NCBI GenBank assembly: GCA_028534125.1 | Contig: CM052819.1 | Location: 2,542,001-2,606,000 of the forward strand | Source of the DNA: Lama glama | Lineage: Eukaryota | Length of the DNA: 64,000 nt | Reading direction: 5' to 3' | Shown here: positions 50,290 to 63,195 of the stretch, piece after piece | Numbering within the stretch: the first letter of the stretch is position 1 | Layout: each line of letters opens with the position of its first letter | The notes under the pieces: model-generated | What the model was told of the DNA's origin: nothing | Databases searched by the model: none | What the model saw: the letters and a program-made list of their open reading frames with translations, nothing else | Translations under genes and position numbers: made by a program

Positions 50290-50695
50290 TGAACAACTGA
50301 AATAATATGCATTATACAACTTACGATCGACAACTGAAATATATGGAAGTAAGATGGATTTACATCCCAGAAAGACCCCCAAGACATTTCATCAAGGAAA
50401 ACACATCATTATAGAATGATGGGTTTAGTACAACATGGAATATTGGGATAAAAAACTGGAATAAAGGAATATGAAAACCATGGACTGTAGGGGCCATTTT
50501 ACGTGTACAGAGAGAGGAGTCGCCCACCATCCCAAAGGAAATACCAGTGTAAAACTTGGCAATTCGGAGGATGTGGTGTTTAATATAGTCAATAAACGAT
50601 CAACATTCTGCAACTGGGACCAAAACAGCGTGTTGTAATGCATCCAAAATCAACAATAAAATTTTATGTGCTAATGAATACCAATAAAATAAGTA

Positions 50696-50730
<35 letters not shown>

Positions 50731-50965
50731 CAGTGATGTGTACTTCCCATTGGTTTACATCTGCCAGGGCTTAGAAAAAGAACCAGTAACACACACAGCA
50801 AACCTGTAATAGCAGTGACCTCTGGGGGCAAGAGAGGGTCTGGGTGGCAACGGGCGGGGATGGTGGTGGTGATCAAAAGTGATTTTAGCAGTATCTCCAA
50901 TTTTTTCATCTTTTCTGAAGAGAACTGATTCATAGATCACTTAGAAAATGAAAAATTAATTTTTA
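50290..50965 (+). mobile_element. Old L1ME-type 3' fragments
   Basis: AATAGCAGTGACCTCTGGGG and related decayed 3' UTR text. Confidence 0.45.
50699..50728. repeat. (AC)15 microsatellite
   Basis: Directly visible. Confidence 0.95.
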
Positions 50966-51967
50966 AAAGACTTTTAAAAGGTTCAACCCCTAGAGAGAGC
51001 AATCTGGCAAAATCTATCAAAATTAAAGAGGCAAGAAAGAAAGAATACAAGGCAACCGAAGTAGAAATTCAGGGAAAGAGCGGATGGCAAGGGCTGTTTG
51101 GGGCAAACCCCTTCCGACTTTTAGTAGAGGCAAAGGCATCCAGTATGCCCTGCCCCTCCCCGCCGGGTGGTGGGGCTGCCCCCCCCACTCCCCTCTCCCA
51201 CCCCCATCCCCACCATAGAGACACGCACGCACGTGACACAAGGCTGGGGGCACTCAGGACAACCAGCAGCAAGTGGTCACCAGAAGGAAAGCCCACCGCT
51301 GCATGCCACCCCTTTGGGGGTCTTCTGGACAACAATACGTGGGCTGACGGACTCCTGGAAGCCACACAGTTGTCGGACGTTCAAGGTGATTCATTGGCTC
51401 GGGAGGAGGGGGGACGCCAGACAACAGGAAGTGGACTGCAGCGAGGGGTCTCAGGCCCAGCCCTCTCCTCATGGGGAGGGGGACTTGGAGACCCCGGCTC
51501 GGCTCTCTAGGCTCACACCACGTGCAAAGTGACTCTCCACTGCCCAGGGCAGAGCAGGGCCCCCCACAAGCCCAGCCCAGTTAGAAGGATCTCTGCCAAG
51601 GAGGGGCCCTGGCAGCCCCCATGAGCACAGGTGTAGCCAGGAAATTCTGAGTGGGCAGCTTCACACTGAACTCCTGAGACACATGCATCCCACCAAATAA
51701 ACCATTTCTGAACGCACGTTTGCTATAATACTTTAAAGACAGATTTCCAGGAGTCTTATATATCATTAAAAGCAATTTAGGCTGCCATTAACCATCTGGG
51801 TATGAGTCACATGAAATTCAAAAGTGGAGAAATGAAAGAGGATTTGGGTTTCCCCAGGTGTGCAACTGTGGCTGGGTAAGGAAATGCTAATACCTTATTT
51901 AGAGTTTTAGATTTTATTTTTTCCCTCTAACATATCCTTTCAGGGGTAGGGACTGAAGCATCCACTC

Positions 51968-52148
51968 TTTTTTCTTAATTTTTAGAACATTTAAAAAATT
52001 CTAATTTCTTATTGAAGTGCAGTCGATTTACAATGTTAGTTTCAGGTGTACAGCAAAGCAATTCAGTTACACATATATACACGTATGTGTGTATATATAT
52101 ATATTTTTTTTCAGATTCTTTTCCATTTCAGCTCATTACAAGAAATTG
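51968..52148 (-). mobile_element. L1 3' tip
   Basis: TTATTGAAGTGCAGTCGATTTACAATGTTAGTTTCAGGTGTACAGCA. Confidence 0.85.
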
Positions 52149-52625
52149 AGAGGCACATACTCTTAAAATGTAAAATATCTCACAGCAATCACTGGAAAAA
52201 AATGTAAAAGAACAAATAGATTCCAAACTGGCCAAACTGTAACCGTGAATTCCGAAAGAATCAACCGGTTCTGAACCCCAGCCTTCTGGCCTTGAAACCC
52301 CTTCAGAGACTGAACTCATGTTCTCATTTTTTCCACACGTTCTTACTCCCACCCCGCCCTACACAAAAGACGTATCAAGAGGAACTAAAGCAGAAGATTC
52401 CAGACTTTTGAAAGAGAAGACTTAGCCAAGCTACTGTCATATGCATTATGTGGGGTCTCAGACAACGAAGGCAGGATAGGAGGAGGGAAGTTCTAGAACA
52501 CGAAATCCCAGCTGCTGTCATGTGGGGACAAACCTCAGCTGCTACAAGGTTACTGAAAAATACCCACTGCCATTTTAAATGATTCAGCTGAAAAACGGTC
52601 ATCATTTAAAATAAGTCAAATCTTT

Positions 52626-52750
52626 AATGGAAAAGAAATATGAAAACGAATATATGTATGTATCTGCATGACTGAGACATATTGCTGTACACCAGAAATT
52701 GACACATTGTAACTGACTGTACTTCAATTTAAAAATTAATTAAAGAAAAT
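52626..52750 (+). mobile_element. L1 3' tip (apparently younger subtype)
   Basis: CCAGAAATTGACACATTGTAACTGAC; TSD AAATAAGTCAA/AAGTAAGTCAA. Confidence 0.85.
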
Positions 52751-52818
52751 AAAGTAAGTCAACACTGTGTCCACTCTGTAAAAGACCCACAGAATGAATG
52801 GAGAGAAGACAGACTGTC

Positions 52819-52922
52819 TTATTTTTTTTTAATTGAAAGACCGTCAGTTACAATGTGTCAATTTCTGGCACACAGCACCATGTCCCAGTGATGTGTATAC
52901 ACACATATATTCGTTTTCATAG
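52819..52922 (-). mobile_element. L1 3' tip, same subtype, inverted relative to its neighbour
   Basis: GTCAGTTACAATGTGTCAATTTCTGG; CTGTCTT on both sides. Confidence 0.85.
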
Positions 52923-53529
52923 GGACCGGCCTGTCTTTAAGCAACTCACAGCCCAGACACACGAGGGGTAGTCATTAGCACTGGATCTAATAACCACCAG
53001 TGCTGGTTCTGGAACAAGGAATATGCTAAGGAGGGCAGCTCTGGTTCATTTCTCAGATAATTAACTCGGTTACTTCTGAACTGAAAGGAGCACAGAAGAG
53101 TTGATAAAAATGGGCATTATTACAAATTTTCTAGATGAAACATGAAAACTCACATCTAGGCCTTTGGGCTCCATACATACTGCGCGATAAGTAAGCAACT
53201 CAGGTCCTCCCTTGCCTTTAGGAGTTACCTCCAGAGCTCAAAGTGAAAGGGCTGGAACTTGGAACAGTGGCTGATGGGCAGGAGGTGGCAAGGACCCCTG
53301 AACGCTCTGAGGACGGGTGCTGAAGGCCCAAGTCCTCAAGCCCGCGTCTGTGAGGGTGCGGGGCCAGGGCTGGGTGGGCGGACAGTCCCAGAGAGATCCT
53401 CCTCCCTGCCCCGAGCCCTGTGAACAACAGCATCAAAACCACACAAGCTTGCAGCTTGCCTGCTGGGCTGCCAGAAGGAGTTTCTGGGCTCCTCAGCAAG
53501 GGCAGGGGGAGGCTAGTAAACACGGCTGC

Positions 53530-54024
53530 TGTGATGGACGTGCCCTGAGGGGACCCCTTGTGACCTCCCCCTTCTGGCGTCTGTGTCTTTGTACAACCCC
53601 TCCCCTTGTGTGGGGGCAGGACACGCGACTTGCTTCTAACCCACAGAATGAGGCAAAGGGACAGATGTCACTTGCATGCTGACGTTACACCGTGAGACAC
53701 CGTCTTGGCGGATGAGACCGAGACACTGCCCTTGCCGGCTGCCAGTCACTAAGGGGGCTGTGTGGGCAGCCAGCAAGAAACTGGGGTTTCAGCCCTGGGA
53801 CTCCAAGGAGGTGAGTTCTGCCCACCATCGACAGGAGCTTGGGAGCAGATCTTTCCCCAGTCGAGCCTCTGACGAGACTGCAGCCCCAACCAATGCCTCA
53901 GCTGCACCTGAAGACACCCAAAGCAGAGACTGCAGAAAAGCTACAGAAACTGAGATAATGAAGGTATGCTGTTCGAGCCACTACGTTTGTGGTCATTTAT
54001 TACAGAGTGCAGAAAACCAATACA
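53530..54024 (+). mobile_element. MLT1E/F-type MaLR solo LTR
   Basis: TG...AATACA termini, 5-bp TSD GCTGC/GTTGC, GACTTGCTTCTAACC and CCCCAGTCGAGCCT motifs. Confidence 0.85.
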
Positions 54025-54589
54025 GTTGCCAAGGAGGAAGACATGGCAGCTTCATGCACAGATCAAGCCTCCCATGGGTGGCCAGGCCCAGGACCACGCC
54101 CCCAGATCCAGCCAGACCCCTGAGAACAGCCTGCAGTAGGTGATGAGTGTCTCATGTCCTGGAGGGCAAGGACCACTCTGGCATCAGGAAGCAGGCATGT
54201 CCTAGAAGGAGCTACAGGAACCAAGGTCTGGCCCCCAAGGGACCACAGCACAGGAGAGCGGGTATCATGCAGTCAGTCAAGTTCCTGAGAATCGCCCGCT
54301 GAGCAGGCATTTGACACCCTTGCGTAGGGGGAGGGAAACCCCACGTATGTTTCCCCAAATGCCATGTCCTTGTGTTGTCTTGGAAAAGGATACTGGAAAG
54401 CACCAAACTCACCCTGGACTGAAGCCCAGATGGCTTCCACTTACAGACAGGGCAGAAAGGTCTGGATTGAATCAGTAAGAAAAAAGAGGGACACAGAATG
54501 CATTTCTGGAGATGCAGGATTAACTACCAGCAGAAGCCTCCCTTAACTAGAAATTAACACCTAGTACACTGAGATTAAATGCACACACT

Positions 54590-55228
54590 CTGAGCTACCA
54601 TATGCTCCAGCAATCCCACTCCTGTGCATACATCTGGAAAAGATGAAAGTTCCAATTTGAAAAGATATGTGTGCCCCAATGGTCACAGCAGCACTATTTA
54701 TAGTACCCAAGACGTGGAAACAGCCTAAATGTCCACTGACAGATGACTGGATAAAAAAGTTGTGGTACATATGTACGACTGGACTACTACTCAGCCACAA
54801 AAAAGAATAAAATAATGCCATTTGCAGCAACATGGATGGACCTGGAGATCGTCATTCTAAGTGAAGTAAGACAGAAAGAAAGAAAAATACCATATGATAT
54901 TACTCATATGTGGAATCTAAAAAAAATGAGACAAATGAACTTATTTACAGAACAGAAACAGACTCACAGACATAGAAAACAAACTATGGTTATCAGGTGG
55001 GGAAAGAGGGGGGATGGAGGTCGGGATCTGCAGGTACAAACTACTATATATAAACTAGATAAACAAGAAGGTCCTACTGTACAGCACAGGGAACTATATT
55101 CAGTATCTTGTAATAGCCTACAATGAAAAAATATGAAAAGGAATATATATGTGCATGTATAATTGAATCACTATGCTGTACACCAGAAACTAACACAACA
55201 TGGTAAATCAACTCTACTTCAATAAAAA
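54590..55228 (+). mobile_element. L1 3' end (ORF2 C-terminus plus 3' UTR)
   Basis: ORF 54815 reads MPFAATWMDLEIVILSEV; ends ACTTCAATAAAAA. Confidence 0.92.
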
Positions 55229-55315
55229 GACCTCGGACCAATTTCACATCTTGGGGCTCCCACCTGTACACACTGAAGAGTTGAGAGGGGTTAATTCCCA
55301 GCCATTCCAAAGGAA

Positions 55316-55487
55316 TTTCTTTTTTAAAATTTTTCTTTATTCTTAAAAAAATATTTGGGGGTGGGGCAGGTCATTAGGTCTATTTGTTTATTTATTATTA
55401 GTTTTTTTTTAATGGAGGTACTGGGGATTGAACCCAGGACCTCATGCGCGCTAAGCATGCACCCTACCACTGAGCTATACCCTCCCC
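55316..55487 (-). mobile_element. Vic-1-like SINE, long-tail form
   Basis: Near-consensus tRNA-Ala head on the minus strand. Confidence 0.92.
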
Positions 55488-55714
55488 TTGAGAGTTTCTA
55501 AAAGGAAGAGGAAATGAAAGGCTACTACTGAGCAGAGATGCAACGTCCTGAAAGCCAAGGATGACTAAGACAAATTCTTATCGTCATCTCTCAGAAGATG
55601 ACAAATCTTCAAGAAAAAGGACCAGATTTTAAGGAAGTGTAAGACTGGAGAACTTGATCTGTGCTTCTGTTGGTTAGAAAAACTCAAAAATCCTTCCCAC
55701 TCCCTGCTCTCCTC

Positions 55715-55855
55715 ACTCTTCTTATATGTTACGGTAGCAAAATACACATCATATAATATGACCATGTTAGCCATTTCTGCGTGCACATTCAGTGTCGTTA
55801 AATACATTCAGCACGTCACCACTTTCCATTTTTACAACTTTCTCAGCATCCTGAA
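55715..55855 (-). mobile_element. L1MB-type 3' tip
   Basis: TGACCATGTTAGCCATTT...ATTCAGTGTCGTTAAATACATTCA. Confidence 0.65.
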
Positions 55856-56629
55856 CCGTTGTCCTCAGTCCTTTGGCACCTTACAAATGGGACTTGGGCC
55901 ACAAAGGAAAGTGAATACATAGGAAAATTCAGATCAATGCTTGTCAAACAAACACATAAAAGCAGATTCGGACCCTGAGCATTTGTGCACAAGTCTTTGC
56001 TAACCGTAAATGTGCACAGCAAAGAGCCCACGTGCTGAAGCCCCTTAGGGGCCAACACATCTAACCCCAGCTGTCAGTGTTGTTTAAGACCATGATAAAA
56101 GACCACCAATTCCATGCCACGCTGACCTCATTACTCAGACACAAACATCAACTGTCACTAAAAAACCATGCACAAACTCACTCACGTCACACCTATCACG
56201 TCTGCCAAGGGCTGTGTGGTCACTGACCAGGCAGCCAGAGGGGCCGAAGGTCAAACCCAGGGATGCAAATTCCAAGATCCCCAAACATTGAGTGAAAGAG
56301 GATTTTTTTTTGACCAAAATACAGGATCTAGATACTTTGTTCTCACATAAAAGCTAGAGGAATGGTCTCTATGTCTGCCAAGAAATGTGCTCTCTCCTAT
56401 TTTTCTCCTGTTCCTATCTCTGAGAGCCACGTGGCTGCAGAGAAACTGGACCACCAGAAGACCACTCCCAGGGCAGGAGTGAAGTCACGTGGCCAGACCG
56501 AGTCACCACCATAGCAGGGAGATGCTGGGGTGAGCTGGGAGGTTTCTAATGGCAGCCAATACTAGGAATTTCAGGCCAGGGCTGCCAGCTCACTCTCTCT
56601 CTCTTTCTTTCTTTCCTTCCTTCCTTTCC

Positions 56630-56991
56630 ACCTTTTATTATGGCATGATTCCTGTGCAGAAAGCCACACGTATTTCAGATGTACGATTTGATGAATTCTG
56701 ACAGATGTGTACACCCATGAAACCACCACCACAATCAAGATAGCTAACACTTCCATCACTCCCCAAGAGGTGCAATTTTCGAATTCCCAGTTTATCTCTT
56801 CCCATTCCTGTTACCTCTGGTAATCATAAGTTTGTTCTCTATGTCTGTTAGTCTGTTTCTGTCTTGTAAATAAGTTCATTTGTGTCCTTTTAAAAAAGCT
56901 CCACGTATAAATAATATCATATGATATTTTTCTTTCCCTTTCTGGCTTACTTCACTTAAAACAACAATCTCCAGGTCCATCCATGTGGCTG
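56630..56991 (-). mobile_element. L1MC/MD-type 3' tip (to about 56770) abutting a younger L1 3' UTR piece
   Basis: CCCATGAAACCACCACCACAATCAAGATA, then GGTAATCATAAGTTTGTTCTCTATGTCTG...CCATCCATGTGGCTG. Confidence 0.75.
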
Positions 56992-58174
56992 ATCTTCTAA
57001 TTTCTTTTAAAAGAAGTCATTACCCCATGTTTTCATGTTGGCCACCACTGTCAAACTGTGGCTCCAAATGATGTTTATTGCTATTATGTAGGCCAACATC
57101 TTTGGGATTGAATTTGACCTCCTGGCCACCAGTGCTTGGCCTCTGGGTTCCATACACCACACTCCAGCGTGAGTCACAGAAGGCTGGGTGCCAGGCAAGG
57201 GGTAAGAGCGAACAGATTATCTAATTGCATCATAACCAGAATAATGACCCATACACCCGATCCTGATATTTCAACCCCTGTAAAAACTTGGCAGACTCTC
57301 CGCCTCCACGCTTCGCTCCCCTTGACCACGGCAGGGACATCGACGCAGCCCCTGTCTGCTCTCACAGGGGCTGGACACAACCTTTTCTAAGCCATAAAAA
57401 GAAAGTGTTTGCGACCAAAGCCTGGAACGCTGATGGGTGCTTTAAACCTTCCAAATCGTCGCAGGCCAAAGGGTTAATCCTCAAACAATTCTGATGTAAC
57501 GCCAAGCACTGAATTGAATACCCGATCTGGTCTCATGGGCAGATCTGAAATCAGGCCAGTAAAAAGCCAATGCCCGTTGGGAAAAAAAAAAAGGATTATA
57601 AACTATACTTTTAAACAATAAACATGTTAATAAAAACTATCACGCACGCTTCTTTTAAATAATAAACATGTGACAGATCTCACATCAACTCATTAATCCC
57701 TCAGATAGCTTCAAAGACCACGAGATGAAACATCTTTTTCCCAGGACATGAGGCACAGTTTGAACTTGAGTTATAGAAAGAGAGGAGACAGAATGTGCAG
57801 TCCATCAATAGGGCTATTTTTGCTTCATGGAGAAATAATCAGAAAGAAATGGTGACAAACACTAAACTTGGATTACTAGGCACTTGTCCAATGAGAGAAA
57901 AAAAAATCACTAAATGTCAGTTGACAGGAACAAATTCTCTATCTCTGGGAAACGGGAAGGAATTTGAAGATGGGTACCTCAAGGCAACGCCAGGTTCAAG
58001 CATAATGATCAGAACGACTTTTTTTTTTTTTACAAGGAGTAGCAGGAAGAAAAATGAACTGCAGATCTAAGAAAGATCTGTCAGTGTAAGGAAAAGAAGG
58101 TTTTTTCCAGTTTCAGGACATTATATAAAACTAATGACATAAAAAAATCCACTCATTCATTGCTTCACCTTTTT

Positions 58175-59180
58175 CTGAATTGAAGCGTAAGTTGATTTAC
58201 AATGTTGTGTTAGTATCTGCTGTGCAGCACAGTGATTCAGTTATATATTTATATTCTTTCTCATTATAGTTATTACAAGATATTGAATATAGTTCCCTGT
58301 GTTGTACAGTAGGACCTCGTTGTTTACCTATTTTCTATACAGTAGCTTGTATCTGCGAATCCCAAACTCCCCCACCTCCACTTTTCCCTTTGATAATCTT
58401 AAGTTTTTTTCTAGGTTTGTGAGTCTGTTTCTGTTCTGTAAGTAAGTACATTTGTCTTTTTTTTAGATTCCACATATAAGTGATATCTTACGGTATTTTT
58501 CTTTCTCTGCCTGACTTCACTTAGTATGATTATCTCTAGGTCCATCCATGTTGCTGCAAATGGCATTATTTTATTCTTTTTTATGGCTGAGTAGTATCCC
58601 ACAGGTTCTTTATCCAGTCATCTGTCAATGGATATTTAGGTAGCTTCCATGTCTTGCTTATTGTAAATAGTGCTACTATGAACACTGGGGTGCATGAATC
58701 TTTTTGAATTAGAGTTCCCTATGGATATATGCCCAGGAGTGGGATTGCTGGATCATCGGGCAAGTCTATTTTTAGTTTTCTGAGGAATCTCCATATTGTT
58801 TTCCATAAAGGCTGCACCAAAAGACATTCCCACCAAGTGCCCCAGTTCTCCACACCCTCTCCAGCATTTATTATTTATAACCTTCTGAATGATGGCCATT
58901 CTGACAGGTGTGAGGTGATACCTCACCGTAGTGCTGACTTGCACTTCTCTGACAATTAGCAATACTGAGCATTTTTTCATGTGCCTAATTGGCCATCTTT
59001 ATGTCTTCACTGGAGAAATGTCTGTTCAGGTCTTTAACCCATTTTTTTATTGTGTTGCTTGTTTTTTTGTTATTAGGTTGTATGAGCTGTTTATATATTC
59101 TGGAAATTAAGCCCTTGTCGGTTGCATCATTTGCCAATATTTTCTCCCAGTCTGTAGGTTGTCTTTTTGTTCTGTTCATG
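58175..59180 (-). mobile_element. L1 3' 1 kb (disrupted ORF2 C-terminus plus 3' UTR)
   Basis: ORFs read [25 protein letters not shown] and RYHLTPVRMAII; TSD GCTTCACCTTTTT/GCATCACCTTCTT. Confidence 0.93.
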
Positions 59181-59252
59181 GCATCACCTTCTTGACCACT
59201 GATCACACATAGGGCAGGAGTCAGAGCCTGCCCTCAAGAAACTTAGAGTCTT

Positions 59253-59708
59253 GTATCACACTTAGTGAAAGAAGTCAGCCAGAGAAAGGCAAATACTGCA
59301 TGTTATCACTTATATGTGGAATCTAGAAAACAGAACAAATTAGTGACTGTAACAAAAAAGAAGCAGACTCACAGATATGGAGAACAAACTAGTGGTTACC
59401 ACTGGGGAGAGGGAAAGGGAAAGGACTGAGAGGCACAAACAATTGGGTATAAAGTGAGGTATAAGGATATACTGTACAACATGGGGAATACAGCCCATAA
59501 TTTATAATAACTATAAATAGAGTATAACCTTTAAAAATTGTGAATCACTATGTTGTACAGCCGAAACTTACACAGCTTTGTAAATCAACTGTACCTCAAT
59601 AATAAAAATATTTTCAGTAACAAAAAATAAATAAATTTAATTAGATAAATAAATAAAATTTAAAAATAAAATAAATGATTAAATAAAAATTATAATAAAA
59701 AATAATAA
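59253..59708 (+). mobile_element. L1 3' end with a long degenerate A-rich tail
   Basis: ATCACTTATATGTGGAATCTA...TAAATCAACTGTACCTCAAT, then about 110 nt of A/T tail. Confidence 0.9.
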
Positions 59709-60598
59709 TTGTTTTGGTTTCATTGATTCTCTTTATTGTTTTCTTGTCTTTAATTTCATTGATTTGTGCTCCCACTTTCATTATTTATTTTCTTCTGCTT
59801 GCTTTAGGTTACATAGTTCTTCTTTCCCTAGTTTTCTAAGGTGGAAGTTCAGACTACTAATTTTCGATTGATTTTCTTTTCTAATACATGGGTTCAATGA
59901 CATAAATTTCTCTCTAAATACTGCTTTTCTGCATCCTACAAGTTTTGATAAGTTATATTTTTATTTTCACTGAGTTCAAAATATTTTTCAACTCCTCTTG
60001 AGATTTCTTGAGATTTCTTCTTTGTCTCACGTGTTATTTAGAAGTGCACTGCTCCATCTTCAAATGTTTTGGAATTTTCCAATTATCTCCTAGAAACAGA
60101 TTTCTACTTTAACTCCATTCTGGTCTGAGAATACAGTTTATATGATCTCAGTTCTTTTAAATTTGTTAAGCTATGCTTTACGGCCCAGGATGTGGTCTAT
60201 CTTGGTAAATGTTCCATGGGAGTTGAAAGTAGTGTGCTCTGCTGCTGTTGGATGAAGCAGTCTGCAGATGTCAGTTACAGCCAGGGGACTGAGGATGCTG
60301 CTCAGCTCTTCTGCCTTCACAGATTTTCACCCGATTGGATCTACCAATTACCAGTAGAGCAACACTGAAGACTCCAACTATGATAATGGATTCATCTATT
60401 TCTTCTCGCAGATCTGTCAGTTTCGGCCTCCTGTTGTTAAGTGTATAAATACTGAAGATTGCTGTGTCTTCTTGGAGAATTGACTCGTTTTTCATTATGC
60501 AATGTCCCTCTTCATCCCTGGTAATTTTCCTTGATCTGAAGCTTGCTTTGTCTGAAATTAAGGTAGCTACTTGAGTTTTTAACAGTGCTAGCATAGTA
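59709..60598 (-). mobile_element. Old L1M ORF2 fragment (endonuclease and linker region)
   Basis: ORF 60271-60594 reads VATLISDKASFRSRKITRDEEGHCIMKNESILQED, typical of the L1 endonuclease. Confidence 0.88.
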
Positions 60599-62254
60599 TT
60601 TAATAAATAATGAATTTTTTAAAATTATTTTAAAAAAAGAAAGAGAGTCTATGGGCCTCTAACTATCCAATATTGCTCTTTATTCTAACCACACAGAAGT
60701 GCTATGAAAGCTCCGTTGTTTCCAGGGATCAGGGAAATTTTTGAAAAGTTTAAGAAGCATGTAAGTGAAGTCTTTGAAGCTGTGTGAAAATTCACTGTGG
60801 GACAATGGATAAAATGATATTTCAGGCATTGAGAACAGGAATTAGGAGGGCCGTAGATGAAAAACAAGCATGAGCTGCAGGATGGAAATAATCAATAGGT
60901 CAGTTTGGTGAAAGACAGGTAAAAGTGAGGTTTGCCTGCTACAACTCAGCTGGGTCAGTAACCACGAGCTAAGGAACGTATGGTGAACCTGCCGTTAGAA
61001 CGGATGGCTGCGGGGGGCTCAGCAGGGGCTGGGGAGGAAGTGAGAGCTGGGGTTAGAAGGAGAGGATGGGAGTTGTTGAGACAGGACAGGACCAACGTTC
61101 ACTTTGAGCTAAAGGGAGTCACGGTGGCCTCAGAGTAAAGAATATACCAGAACAGACTCAAAAGGACCAAGCCAGGGGCACTCTGTAGGACGCGGGAGAA
61201 GCCTCCTTTAGGAGGGCAGAAATGAGAGCTAGGATTTCCACAGAGGGAGTGAATTTTAGATGTTTCTTGTCTCTGCTCATTGGTGGTGGCTGGAGTGGGG
61301 GAAGGGGATAAACTACTGCTCCCCAGAGATGCTCTCAGATCCACCGGGAAAAGAGATCTCGTCATCTCTATGACCTCCTCTTTGCAAAATGAACCGAATC
61401 TACAAAAAAAAAAAAATGCTGCTGGAGTCTAAAGTTTCCCCTAATAGTGAAGCTTAAGAAATGCTTAAGGAAAAAAAAAACAAAAAAAGCCAAGTTAAAT
61501 TCTCGTGACCGAACTACCAAGTTTATCTCCGGGAACATTCCAGAAATGACAGGGAAGATGTGCAACTGATACCCTAACCACACACTCTCTGGGGAGCCGT
61601 GCACCGACACGTGGGTGCATGTCCCTGCCAACACCCCCCGAGCCAGGGCTGCCGTTTCTTCTAGAGAAATCTTGCCACATCCTGTCTCGCCGTCTGCAGC
61701 CGGAGCCGGCTCTCTGGCAGATAAGGCACCAGCGAGCGCACAACGCTTGGAGTTCACCTTTAGCCTTAAAAGGCAAGGCAAGGGAACCAAACACACCAGC
61801 TTTGCCCCACTGGTCCCAGTGTCGTGCAGCTGGGAAAGGAATCCAGCCCCCACCCAGCTGGATGACAGCAAACAGAGCGACCACCACAAGAAATGGGACT
61901 CGGGGCCAGGTCCTGCTTCCTCGTGACTCTGGTAAGGCTCCTCCTGGCTCTGGAAGATGGAGAAGGGACTGACTGCGGCATTAATGCGTAAATAATAATT
62001 GATCACAAACATAACACTGAATAAAGGCAGGTCTGCCTGGTATTAACTGGTTCAGAAAAGTCATACTATTTGCAAACAAAAATTACAACAGCAGCTGCCC
62101 ACATGAATGCCCCTTATAAGATTCTCGCTGGCCACAGCCAGCTGAGTGACAGGGAAGTCTCTTAATTTACGTTTCATGCACACGTCCCAGTTAGAGTTTG
62201 CTTCTAGGTCCTGTCTGTTCTGGGTCCTGCTACGTGCACCCTCTGACTGATCGA

Positions 62255-62440
62255 GTTAGAGGATGGATGTGTTCCGCATCTCTGCTGTCCAGTACAGTAG
62301 CCACTACTCTCACGTGGCTACTGACCGCCTAAAACGTGGCCAGGGTTAGTGAGGAATGGAACGTTTCATTTTCTTTCATTTTAATTAATTTTAATTTTAA
62401 TCGCTACACATGGCTAGCGGCGCCCCCACAGAAAAGCACA
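62255..62440 (+). mobile_element. MER3 hAT-Charlie MITE
   Basis: TGCTGTCCAGTACAGTAGCCACTAC...CATTTTAATTAATTT. Confidence 0.8.
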
Positions 62441-62499
62441 GCTTAACTCTGTTCCCACTGAACCGTGCACGCACACCACCTGGGACGCTGCTCCTGAGA

Positions 62500-62632
62500 A
62501 GACGCTGAGCCAGCAGGTCTGGGCAGGGCCCGGGAACCTGCATTCCTGAGCCCCCTCCTCCCGGCCAGGCGATGCTGTTGCTGCTGGCGCACGGACCAGC
62601 AGGAAGCCTCCATCGGCTTCGGGAACCACCAG
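62500..62632 (-). mobile_element. MER5A fragment
   Basis: GGGCCCGGGAACCTGCATT...GATGCTGTTGCTGCTGG...GAACCAC. Confidence 0.6.
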
Positions 62633-62900
62633 TGTGACCCAGAAGCTCTGCGGGTCAGTCAAAATCTCCTGAGTACAACTGCAGCAGCATCTCACACATG
62701 TGAGAAAGCAAGACACACGAAACACGAAATTTGAAAGATGTGAGACAGATGAACTAAGCAATACTTCAAAAGTCTAATCACAGGAGGTTCAAATTATTAT
62801 TAATAATTAATATTTCAAGGTGTCATATACACTCAAAATGAGATTCACTGTTAATAACCATGGAAGTAAATCCACATTTCAAAATGTCTTCTTAGAACTC

Positions 62901-63045
62901 CTTTTTTTAAAATTTTTTTTTTAATGACAGGGGAGGTAATTAGATTTATTTATTTATTTTTTTAATGACAGTATCAGGAATTGAACCCAGGACCTCGTGT
63001 ACACTAGGCATGCACTCTACCACTGAGCTATATATACCGTCCCCC
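62901..63045 (-). mobile_element. Vic-1-like SINE, long-tail form
   Basis: Perfect TSD TTCAAAATGTCTTCTT on both sides. Confidence 0.92.
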
Positions 63046-63173
63046 TTCAAAATGTCTTCTTGATGAGTCAAAAATTTCTTTGGCCATCTTCTGTCAGATC
63101 TGAACAGGTAGGCATCAGTTTTTTTTATCTTACTCTTACACACAGTGAGAGAAGGGTCAGTGTAGCCATTTCC

Positions 63174-63195
63174 GTGTGTGTGTGTGTGTGTGTGT
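63174..63195. repeat. (GT)11 microsatellite
   Basis: Directly visible. Confidence 0.95.

Noticed and set aside
22503-58190. Apparent loss of the terminal poly(A) hexamer in four of five RFTN1-sense young L1 ends
   Set aside because: The sample is too small, and other AATAAA/ATTAAA hexamers occur in or beside the same elements on that strand, so selection cannot be argued
58411-60594. Functional L1 ORF2
   Set aside because: Only short, frameshifted, truncated pieces from different elements
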